Assembly (NCBI GenBank): GCA_943704425.1 | Contig: CALSCP010001168.1 | Span: 1 to 64,000 of the forward strand | Source: Ministeria vibrans ATCC 50519 | Lineage: Eukaryota > Protista > Filasterea | Length of the DNA stretch: 64,000 nt | Direction: 5' to 3' | Shown here: one piece after another, positions 32,146-64,000 of the stretch | How the letters are laid out: every line of letters begins with the position of its first letter | Position numbering within the stretch: the first letter of the stretch is position 1 | The notes under the pieces: generated by a model | Seen by the model: only the letters and a program-made list of their open reading frames with translations | Database searches by the model: none | What the model was told of the DNA's origin: nothing | Position numbers and translations under genes: made by a program

Positions 32146-33470
32146 TCGCTTCGCATGTTTCTTGTACCGTAGGGCACTCCCTCGTCGTCATCAGCCGTGC
32201 GCTTTGTAGGGTAGCGATAACGCCACAGTGTCACCCCTCGTGTGCTCGTCATAAACACCTCTCTGTTCTGCGGTAGATGACGTCCAAACCACACCGTGCC
32301 AGTGGCGCCCGTAACCACCGGCGCACGCACCGACGCAAACCCGCGCGATGGGTGCTCGCACCGCATGTCGTAAACGTGCACCAGCGAATCCAGCCCCGTC
32401 ACGAGCAATTTGTTCATTTCAATGTCTTGTCGGTCAAACTCGACACTACACACCTACACTCGCCACAGACAAAAAAAAAAACCAAATCAAATCAAATCAA
32501 ATCAAATCAAATCAAATCAAATCAAATCAAATCACATCATGTCACATCAAATCAACTGAATCCTTCAGCTTTGCAGTTGTTTCTTACTCCGCTGGGCACG
32601 TTGGTCTCCCACCGTACACTCATGGTGCGCAAATCAAACAGTTTCACGTCTCCGTTATCGTATCCGGCCACTACGGATCGCTCATCCGCACTGTATGAGT
32701 TCCCTAAATAAAAAATCAAGTTGAAAAATCAATGTCCAATGTACATACGTCTTTTTGGTCCGCCTCACCAAAGTTGACTGCCCAGCAGGCTCGAGGCGTT
32801 TCCCCTTCCTCAACCACCATATCCACAACAGGTTTGTCAGCTTGTCGCGTGTCCCAGACACGCACGGTTCCATCATCACTGCCCGTCACAATCTCGGGGG
32901 GTCCGCCTCCACTGGCACAACCTGTGTGCAAAAGAAGAGTCAACACTCAATCGACCGTTTGACGCGACCTACGCACCCGCAATCGACATGACGATCTTAT
33001 CATGGGCCTTGCACTGGTACACAGGGGCGCCGCCAAGCCGCTCGACGTCCCAACTCATCATGTTTCCAGCGGCATCGCCTGTTGCTAGGCTGCGGTGACT
33101 CTGAAACGAATGGTTTACAGTCCCACACCGAATCTCGCTTGCCTTGGTCGCCTACACACACAAACACACACACAGAGCATGTGCCAGTGAGCACAACACT
33201 ACGCCGCGTGGCAAGACGACGAGAGCCTTCCATGTCAAGGTGACTTGCAAGAGGGAGAGCGCGAACAGAATGACTCAGACACACCAGACCGCTCACCTCT
33301 TGCATCAGAACAAGCTTCCCATTGTCCAGATCATAGACCTCCAGAGCCCCCGACCGGTTGGCATGCGACCCGTACGTAATCAGCCGTTTGCTTTTCGGCA
33401 GCCAATTGCATCCGTTGGCTGTGTACTTGACGGCCTTCTCCGCATGAATCAGTATTTGAGGCTTGTCCAT
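31824..33470 (-). CDS. WDR92: WD repeat protein 92 / dynein axonemal assembly factor 10
   Basis: [73 protein letters not shown]. Confidence 0.92.
32483..32553. repeat. (ATCAA)n pentanucleotide repeat in a WDR92 intron
   Basis: Directly visible. Confidence 0.9.
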
Positions 33471-33573
33471 GTATGTTGCAGATGCGACCCGTGCACACAC
33501 GGTCTATGTAAAAACTAGTATTGAATAAAATTTGTGATTAATTATTGTTAATTGTAATATTAATTAATTATGT

Positions 33574-52226
<18,653 letters not shown>

Positions 52227-52428
52227 GATAGCGGTGAAAATAATAATAATTAATAAAATATAACGTCATGTTGATTTGATTATTGATTACATATAATATT
52301 ATTATATCAATAAGAAACTGGTCAAAGCGACAGGCTCGACGTGATTTACGTGTCACTCAACTGCTGAAATGACGGTCGGGGCTTGTAAAGTTTGTTTGAA
52401 CTAGAGTATTGAAATTTTTTCATTTGGC

Positions 52429-53314
52429 TCAGGAATGAGACTCGACGATGGGAGCTTGATAGCTGCTGGACGCAGCAGCAGCAGCAGCGCCATGGGTCTC
52501 CTCACGGATGGGCTCGTACGGGCCTTGGTCTGAGCAAAGACAAGACAAAAAAAAAAAGAGTTCGAGGAGGCATATACACACACGTCATAGTGTCATAGTG
52601 AAGACGTACTGGGAGGAGGGTTGCCGAAGCTGCCGGAGGCTGAGACGGTGACACCTGGGACAGAGAATTCGCCACCGCGTTGTTTGAATTCGTTCCAGAC
52701 GAAGAAGAGCGACGGAACTTTGGTGAGCAGACCAATGATGCCAAAGGCAAATGAAAAGCGCATCGTATCATACGCCTGACCGTTTGCTAAAGACACGACG
52801 AACAACGACATACTGGGTTAGACGAACATCTGCACTCGGCGAGCTCTTACCAGACAGATCGTACTGGGTGACATACAAACCAAAGCAGAGACTGTCATTA
52901 AGAATGGAGAAGAGCATGATCGCAAAATACTACATGTGATGGTATAGTTTTAGTCCATCTCACGACGTTCGTTTTGCAATTACCATGCCAACTGCGTCGG
53001 AGCTCTGACGGTCAGCCAGTGCCCAGACACCCACAATGCACATGGAGAAGTTGACCATGAGGAATGATGCCCCGCCAATGGGGATGGAGGAGACAATCGC
53101 CCTACGATTCGGTTTTAGGGAGTCACGTCGTCTGGCCGGTCGCCGTTGCGCTTACCAAGCCCAGCAGAAGAAGTGCCACATCACAATGACTTTCAGGGCA
53201 ATGCGAGGAAGGCCGCATGTAACCTGCGTGCGTGCGTGTGGGTCAGGGGGGGAGCGCAGTTTGTTTCAGTTTGTTTACTGTGGTCGTCACGCCGGATTGA
53301 TAGGTGTCAGCCAT
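52429..53314 (-). CDS. AGTRAP: Type-1 angiotensin II receptor-associated protein-like (AGTRAP), small multi-pass membrane protein
   Basis: Spliced LPRIALKVIVMWHFFCWAW, VNFSMCIVGVWALADRQSSDAV, RFSFAFGIIGLLTKVP...FKQRGGE and GPYEPI parallel human AGTRAP motifs. Confidence 0.8.
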
Positions 53315-53517
53315 TGGGAGCCTCGAGTGTTTGATATGGATTCCACACAGTCTGAAATGTACGAAAACGGAACTTGTGGCGCTCGAAGATTTTTTTGATT
53401 TAGGAATAAATGAAGTCGAAAAGTTTACTCAAAAAGGAGAGAGAGAGAGAGAAATATTAATACACATATTACTTTTTAGTTTTTACTTTTTGATGATCAC
53501 CGATTTTTCTTTCCTTC

Positions 53518-55169
53518 ATGAGGCGAACCAAGTCAGCCGCGGCTGCCGCGTCGTCGCCTTGTAAAGGAAAACAACACTCGTCAACTGCAGCTCGGAGCTC
53601 GGCGACACTGGGGGACATTGAGGATTTGTGTTGTGATCTGCACAAAAAGTAAACGACACACAGTCAGAGAGAGAGAGAGAGAGATGAAACCTCATTGTCG
53701 TCTTCTCAGACAGCACGACGTCGAAAAGGTTCGCGCAGCACTTTTACCATGGTACGATGCGCACCGTCGACAGTTGCCGTGGCGCGATGAACTGCCGGAC
53801 GACCTAAATGAGCGCGTAAAGCAATGTTGTGTTTTCGTGCACTCGCTCAGACCGTCTTTGTCGACTTCTCTAGGCCTATCACGTCTGGGTGAGCGAAATC
53901 ATGTGTCAACAGACTCAAGTGGCCACTGTTGTGCCCTATTATCGGACGTGGACGAGCCGTTGGCCCACCATCGAGTCGCTGGCGAGCGCATCACTTGATG
54001 AGGTGAACGAGGTGTGGGCGGGCCTCGGGTACTATTCGCGAGCGCGTCGCTTGCACGAGGGTGCTCAAAAGATGCGAGGTCGACAGCTGCCGAACAGGGC
54101 CGTTGAACTGGAGAAGGAACTGCCGGGGGTGGGCCGGTATACGGCTGGCGCCATTGCCAGCACAGTGTTTGGTGAAGTGACGCCTGTTGTCGATGGCAAT
54201 GTGGTGCGCGTACTGAGTCGCCTGGGGGCACTGGGCGCCACGTCGACGGACAAAGCCATGATTGATCGACTGTGGAAAACGGCGGGGGCGCTTGTGGATC
54301 CGTCGCGACCCGGTGATTTTAATCAGGCACTGATGGAGCTGGGCGCTCGCGTGTGCACTCCCAAAAGTCCTTCGTGTGAATCGTGTCCTGTCGCCGAGCA
54401 CTGTCTAGCACGGCGTGTTCACACACTGCACACGGCGTCACTCACTTGCGCACCTCAACAGTGTCAATGGTGTCTCCCATCCCAGGACGACAACGACACT
54501 GTGATGGCGTACCCGCGCAAGCCCGAGCGCAAGCCACCTACCCCCGAGTCATATGCTGTTCTCATCCTACGACGTACCTGTGCACCAACACCCGACAGCA
54601 CGACACAACTGCTCATGCGGCAACGACCGGCCAACAGTGGTCTGCTGGCGGGTCTGTGGGAGTTTCCCAATTGCGCCTGTGATGTTCAGGCGTCGCCCAA
54701 TGCCCAACTGATTGCCCTTCGTGACCATCTCACACACCCATCGCTCACGACCGTCCTTCCCCAACTGTGCCCTACGCTTTCTATCCAGCGACTTGCCTTG
54801 CTCACAGTGCAGTCGCTGCCTACGCCCGTCGAGCATGTCTTCTCGCACCGCCACCACACGTACCACATCAACGTGCACACACTGCCGGAGCCCATTATGG
54901 ACGACGACGAGGAGAAGGAGGAGGAGGAAGGCGGCCTGGCACCCGTTACGACGGCCGTGGTCGATGAAGACATTCCAAATGGAGCGTGCAAATGGGAGTG
55001 GGTTGACGAGACGCGTGTGGGTGCGCTGGGCATCAGCACGGCTATGAAGAAGGTTTTCGGTGCCCTTTCGGCCAAACCGGTTAAAGAGGGAACGCGTAGG
55101 AAGCGCAAGAGCACAGACACACCGTCGTCGGCCCAGCAGCCCACACTGAAGCGCTTCTTCACGCAGTAA
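53518..55169 (+). CDS. MUTYH: Adenine DNA glycosylase MutY homolog
   Basis: WYDAHRRQLPWR, WVSEIMCQQTQV, WAGLGYYSRARRL, LPGVGRYTAGAI, VVDGNVVRV, Fe-S motif CTPKSPSCESCPVAEHC, GLLAGLWEFP, HVFSH, PIP-like QPTLKRFF. Start at 53518 assumes an in-frame intron. Confidence 0.95.
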
Positions 55170-55242
55170 TATATGTCACATGTAGTAAAATTATGTATAA
55201 AAACAAAATATGACTGTAATAATAGAGAGTGGAGAAAGCGAG

Positions 55243-56012
55243 CTAGACAGAGACGAGAGAGTGAGTTGGAGTGAAGAGCAGATCGGAGGGTTTGAGAGGA
55301 GCAACCGACTGTGTGGAGAGGTTGGCAAACACTTCAAGATCACGCAGAAGACGCGAGGGAGTGGACGCAGCGGTGAAAGGAGGTAAGTCTAGAAGGTCGG
55401 GAGTGCGAGAGTAAGAAGTAATTGAGGAAAATGAGTTTATCGCGCGTGGTTCACATGTAGCGGACTATAGTATATGTGCGTGTACCAGTGAGTAGTCGTG
55501 GGGTGTGTGGCTTCTTTGAGGGTCCCTTCTTGGCTGCGACGCCCTTGGCTGACGTTTTTGTCGCCAGGGTCTTCAGTTTCTTTTTCGGTTGCGGCTCTTC
55601 TTCGTCGCTGTCGCTCTCTTCAGACGACGTCACCACTGCACGTTGGCGTTTCTTTGTTGGCACAGTCTGTTTCTTCCCCTTTGCTGGAGCACGGTTGGTA
55701 ATTTCATCATCATCCGAGGAGGAGGACGACGCCGACGACGAGCTCTCGACGGGCACTTTCCTCCCTGTCGCATTCTTTCTTTTTGTCGTCTTCGTCGTCG
55801 TCTTCGTCGTCGCTGGTGCACTCTTCTTCGTCTTCTGGGCGGCCTTGAGCTTACGTGCCAACTCTTCGGGTGTCAAACGGTACGGGTGTTTCGACTTGGT
55901 GACAGACGTTGCCGCCGCCAGCGTCTTGCCTTTCTTGTACGGATGCGTCGATGGAGCTGATGCCTTCTTGCCCACCTTAGGCTTGGTCTTCCTGCTGATA
56001 TCATCATCATCG

Positions 56013-56053
<41 letters not shown>

Positions 56054-56758
56054 GTCGTCGTCGTCGTCTTCAGATGACGACGAAATCGACACAGCGACCG
56101 CCTTGCGCTTGACTCGAGGTTCTTGTTTCACCTGCACAACTCGTTTCTTCTTGGTCGCCACTCTCTTGGTCGCACCATCCTCCTCCGAATCGCTCTCGTC
56201 CACCGCCCGAGCCCGCTGCTCAACGTGTTTGTCTGACGCCTTGCCTGCCGCCTTACTTGACGCCTTGTCGACCTTTGTTGATGTCTAAGGGAAGTCGACC
56301 GTTAAATTTCCTTTGTATTTTTTTTTTTTTGTTTGAATTTTGACAGTTTCAGCGGTTTCACTTCAAATTGATGTGGATACCTTGCCAAGGACTGTGGTTG
56401 ACTCGATGGGAGCGGGTGCACAGGTGAAGCTGGACAGATCGGAGGGGGACACTTCGTCTTTGGCGCGCTTGACGATCCAGGCGGACTTGAACGCGACGAC
56501 GGAGGGCCCTTTGGGGTTTGCTGCCAGCGCGTCCTGCACTTCGCTGTAGTCGTCGGCAAAGAACCACAGGATGCTGGGATGCGTGAACTTCTCGGAGACC
56601 TGGCCGCCGCCTTTCACTGCACAGACGCGTCAGTGTGGTGTGTCAGCAACGCGCGCGCTTTTCGCTTTTTTATTTATTGTTTGAAACACACCCCAAGCCT
56701 TTTTGGCGGCCGTCGGAACTCCAGGAGCAAACCACGCAAAGCCCTTGAATGTACTCAT
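55243..56758 (-). CDS. TERB2-like protein: N-terminal BRCT-like domain, long Lys/Asp/Ser low-complexity middle
   Basis: Spliced N-terminus MSTFKGFAWFAPGVPTAAKKAWVKGGGQVSE..WFFADD...VAFKSAWI...LSSFTCAP resembles the human TERB2 N-terminus as remembered (MFQGQRGWFCGSVSQDLRQFWVAEGGTIS..FLFSCD...VFHAYYL...LGHFILPP). Confidence 0.55.
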
Positions 56759-56864
56759 CGTGTTTCCAAAGACTTAAACTTGATTGTATTTTGTCAAATT
56801 TGTAAATTCCGAAATGTTTTATTCAATCAACCTTTGTTTCTTTCTTACAATCAAATTCTACAAA

Positions 56865-57104
56865 ATGGCCAACGAATCCGACAAACCCGAAGCTTCTGCC
56901 GACTCTCCAGCTACCGAGCCTCAACTACGCGATGATATAATTGTCACAGCCATCAAATTTTTAACAAACCCCCAAGTAAGTTCGATGGTCCTTCTCCCTC
57001 ATTCTCACCCCCTCTCTCTTCCACACACACTCACACACACTCACATACACACATACACACACTCACACACATACATACATACACACATACACACGCATAC
57101 ATAT

Positions 57105-57142
<38 letters not shown>

Positions 57143-58479
57143 TTGTTCTCTCCTTTGTTCTCTCTTTTGTCCTCTCTCTCGCTCTCGCTCTCTCTTGATT
57201 CTTTCCCCCTCTTCTTTTCAATAACAGGTACAAGGAACATCTCGTGATCGCAAGGAGGCATTCTTACGCGAAAAGGGGCTGAATACGGCGGAAATCACGG
57301 CGGCGTTTCAACGCGCGGCGCTCAGCCCAACTCCCTCTCTGTCCACTGTTGCGCCGACGACCCCGCCCACTGCAACCTGGGCGGACTGGCTCAAGACGGC
57401 AGCCATGGCAAGCACAACTGCCTACGTAGCGTCGTCGGCCTTTCGCGAGTATGTGTTGCCTTTGATGCAGGAAGAACGTGAGCCAGAACCAGATGCAACC
57501 TCTCAACATCTTCAGGTGTGCTTCTCTCTCGCCCAGACGCCTTTTTTGTCTTTGTTATTGGTTTCGCTTCATCTTTCCACACACACACACACTCTCTCTC
57601 TCTATCACTTTGTTTCTTTCTCCTCTCTCCCTCTCTATATTTATATCTACGTTGTTTCTCCTCCCCCCCCCCCTTTATCACTTTATCACTGCGTTTCTTT
57701 CTACTCCTATCGGACTCTTTCTCAATCGTTTTCCTTTGGTTGTTTTTGCCAATCCTCTGATAGAGACTCCACGAGCGTGTGAGCAGCCTTGAAGAGTCGC
57801 TTGAGCAGTTGCGTGAGCAAGGCGATAACATTCAGGCTGCTTTGAGCTCTGTCAAGGATCTTCTCACCGCATCGCAGCGTCGTGCAGCTGACGAAAGTGA
57901 AGATACCTCCGTGTCTCTGATGCGGCAGTTGAGTCTGATCAAAAGTGATCACCAAAGAGTAATACACTTTGACAACAAAACACATACACACAACCCATAC
58001 ATACATACTCACACACACACACATATATATACATATATTTATATAATATTATACCCAAAAATGTGCATTGCGCTGAACCTTTCGTGTCGTTTTAGGGCAT
58101 TTCCGAACTCAAAATGGACGTTCGGTCGGAGTTGCAGAGCGTAAAAAGTCTCCTTCTCAACCGACGTCAATTTCCCCCAGCACCCACTAGCGCAGCGTCC
58201 AGCACAGGCGTCAGCACGAGCACACCCTTGGCTGCCACGACTACCTCATTGTCGCCGTCGCCATCGCCGTCTCAAACTTCTTCTTCGTCGTCGTCGTCGG
58301 TGCCGGTGCCCGTGGTGACTCCCACTGCGACGCAGCTGCCGGCGTGGCAGGCGGCCCTTGCGCGCCCAAAGGCGTCGCCAGTCATTCCGCCTGACGAGGA
58401 GAGTACACAAGAGCGAGAGGAAAACACAGGCGCCAGTGCGACAAAGACGACAGACGATTCTCCAACTGCGATGGAATAA
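56865..58479 (+). CDS. PEX14: Peroxisomal membrane protein PEX14
   Basis: RDDIIVTAIKFLTNPQVQ..RKEAFLREKGLNTAEITAAF, coiled coil, ELQSVKSLLLNRRQFP, LPAWQ. Confidence 0.93.
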
Positions 58480-58541
58480 TATTGTACAAATAAGGCATGG
58501 TGTAATTCGTATCTCTCTTCCTTCCTTCTTTCTTTCGATAT

Positions 58542-60921
58542 CTACACGTTTGACGCGGTGCTCTCGCTGGCAGACTGTGTGACGAGTCGTTGCGCCACCG
58601 TATGCGTAAGGGGAAACTCGTCGAAGCGCTGCTCAAGGAAGGCGTGCGGGTGAAGATGGATAAAGTCGATGGTTAGGTCGCAAAGAGAGCGGTGGGGCGA
58701 GCGGAATGGACGGCGATAGAGCGAGTCAAGTGTGGACACAAAGAGCGCGTCGGGTGAGCACACGAGTCCAGTGATGCGCGACGGTCGACGTCCCGCCACG
58801 ACAGTACGCAGTGGCCATCTTTCAAGAGAGTGCTGAGGTTCCAGATCGAATCCCATGTCGGCCGTGCCGTCGTTGGTGTCGTCGTGAGATCGTGTCGCGC
58901 CCTCCTCACGCCACATATACACCGTGTGCTTGGTGTCGGCGAAGAAGAGCGTGCGCGGGCACCACGCCGCAAAAGCAATGGCCAGAAAGCGCGCAGGCAA
59001 CTCCCTGTCCCGCACGCTGGCCACCACTGCCCCTGACTCCGCGTCCCACACAACCACAGAGGCATCCCGAGTGTGATCGCACGAGGTCGCCACGCGACTT
59101 CCCGTGCAGTTCCATGTGCAGTATTGCGACGAGCCGCGCACACGGGGCGCTTCGTCGTCGTCGCCATGGTGGCGGGCGTGTCCACGTGCTGCTATCACAA
59201 CGAGAGGTGGATTAAGCACTCGAATGGGACTAAACTCGATCGTGTGATGCCCGTTGTCTTGGTGAACGACGGAAAATGGCACAAGGAACGCCTCAGAACA
59301 GTCGGCGGCGACACACAGGACATTGTCGACGGGTGAGACGCGCACGTCGTTGCAGGGGGCGCGAAAGCCCGCCACGACACCGAGACGCTGCAGTGAGGGA
59401 ACTGACAATGCATAGACACACGAATCATTGCTCGCCACAAACGCGACGGGCACTTTGCGGTCGTCGCCAACCATGACAATAGTAACGCTGTTGGCCAATT
59501 CACGACTGAGAAGGGCCACAACTCGCGTCTCAACACCTGAAAGGTCGTCACAAGTAACGGCACCGTTGGAGTGGGCGCATACAAGATAGCGTTGATGAAT
59601 GGCATACCCCAGAGGTACCCCCGGCAGTCGTACGTCCGTGATGGGAGTTTCTTGACGCGAGAAAAAGTCAAGGCGCGAGATGTGTCGCGCAACGGACGCA
59701 TGAAGATTCGAGTCCGAGTCAAGTACTAGAGCATTGGCGCACTGGTAATGGCCAGTCTTCGTGGGCTGTTGCCACTGTACGGGTGCACCCATTCGAAAGA
59801 GGCTCACGTCGGGTGTGTTGTCGACGGGATCAAAAGCGACTGGCTCTTCAAAAGCCAATGTCTGTTCGCGCGCATTTCGCTGTTGTGACGAGGCGATCAT
59901 TAGACGAATCATCGCCCTAACTTGCTCATCCGATGGTCGTTCAGCCGGGTTTTCCTGGAGTTGCGCGTTGTTAAGAAGCCAAATCTCAATCACTTTTCTG
60001 TCTACCTCGTCGCCTTCGTCCACATCCGTCCACTCGTCACCGTCGTCGCTTCCTTCACTGTGTTCAATGTCAATCTCGGCCTCATCGTCTTCATCTTCAT
60101 CATCTTCTTCGTCATCATCATCATCGTCGTCATCATCATGATCATCATCGTCGTCGTCGTCGTCATCGTCGGAATCTTCGATAAACATAGCGTCGGGGTG
60201 CACCCATTGGCCAGGATCATTCAGACCAATGGCGTCCCCAGCGGCAGGCCGCTCGTTACGGTCGCGCAGTTGGTAGAGCCGCTCGCCGTCGGCGCGTGTG
60301 AGCACAAACGCATTTCCAGTCGGCTCAAAGTTGTCAAATGCGTTTGGAGGAAGTGGAACGTTCGTACTGATGTGGTCAGAGAGCACTCTACAGAAAAAGA
60401 TACAAAAAAGAAAAAAAATTAATGCACAAATGGACAAAAGACAAGAGTTACGCGTCGGGAAGTTCATATGTCCGATCAAGCTGCACTAGGGTGGGGATCA
60501 ACGTAAACGCATTGTGACGGTAGTTGCTGTACGTCTGGACGGGACAGTGGCGACAAGAGAGCACGATGAGCGGCGTGCGAGCGGAGTGAAGTGGACGCAA
60601 AGTATGAATAGGATTGCGATCAAGAAGAAGAATTTTCAGGCTTCTGCACTGCTGCCCAATCGCCTGCAGACGATCATCGTCAACGCCACAGTTCTGCAGG
60701 CCAAGGCGCTGGAGGTGAGCCCAGCTGGGCCAGCTGAATTCGCGGCGCAGGTTCACAATGTCGACGAGAAAGATGCCCCGGAGCATGTCCATGTCGCTTG
60801 CCTCGCGCAGCGACGTGTGCGCGGCCGCGTCGTCTTCGCAGTCGCGGATGAGCAGGTCGGATATGCCGACTCTGTTGATCAGGGGGCCCTTGACTTCTGC
60901 GAGGGCCTCAGAGATGAACAT
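58542..60921 (-). CDS. Uncharacterised LRR(+LRRcap) - acidic tract - WD40-like propeller protein with possible C-terminal BC-box; 2 exons
   Basis: LQRLGLQNCG, LKILLLDRNPI, YRHNAFTLIPTLVQLD (LRRcap-like); poly-D/E; FVASNDSCV, CNDVRVSP, CTWNCTGSRVATSCD..VVVWD, ITGLVCSPD; SLCDLTIDFI. The short intron near 60390-60450 is in frame. Confidence 0.65.
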
Positions 60922-61169
60922 GATGAGGTAAGAGGTTGCGCAATAAATATGTGCTAATTAAAGTCTAATCACTCGAAGGCACTTGGGACAAAAGTTGTTA
61001 AAAAAAACTGATCACTGACCCCCGACGTCTGACTGAGATCCCTATTATTTTCTTGAAATGAGTGAGTTGAGAGTGATGAAATGAGCGAACCAAAGACTTA
61101 AGACTAAACTGTGAGGAGACCTCCCGGAGAAGCTGGTGGATGCAAGATATTATAGTACTATTGTATACA

Positions 61170-62999
<1,830 letters not shown>

Positions 63000-63033
63000 T
63001 TGAAATAAAGTGATATTATTTTTATTATTCAAG
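63000..63033. promoter_or_regulatory. 34-bp AT-rich divergent spacer between the nitrile hydratase and NDUFS2 start codons
   Basis: CAT at 62997-62999 and ATG at 63034-63036, both in a ttcaa(a/g)ATG context also seen at PSMA6. Confidence 0.6.
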
Positions 63034-63998
<965 letters not shown>

Positions 63999-64000
63999 AC

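Overview
Compact, intron-rich eukaryotic genomic DNA read in the standard code, with GT-AG introns full of (CT)n, (CA)n and (AAT)n microsatellites and two 10-N scaffold gaps. The gene set (axonemal dynein, nuclear-encoded NDUFS2, animal-type TONSL, AGTRAP, TMEM38, a RADX-like gene and a fused nitrile hydratase) points to a flagellated unicellular opisthokont, probably a holozoan; this taxonomy is inference. About 21 protein-coding genes were reconstructed by hand splicing, in order: TBL/PC-esterase-like, secreted JmjC, RADX-like, JMJD6, BFR1-like, UTP4, ACSBG-like acyl-CoA ligase, a CAMK kinase-START fusion nested antisense in an ACSBG intron, TONSL, bL28m, TMEM38, PSMA6, WDR92, DNAH10, AGTRAP, MUTYH, TERB2-like, PEX14, an LRR/acidic/propeller protein, a fused beta-alpha nitrile hydratase and NDUFS2 (truncated by the window edge). 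Best leads: (1) a nitrile hydratase with an apparent mitochondrial presequence whose ATG lies only 34 bp head-to-head from NDUFS2; (2) a kinase-START gene nested in an acyl-CoA ligase whose ATP-binding motifs are degenerate; (3) a TERB2-like and a RADX-like gene outside animals; (4) a new exon created by tandem duplication of an intron; (5) a dispersed intronic TATCACTTTGTTTC repeat. All family assignments come from remembered motifs, not database searches.
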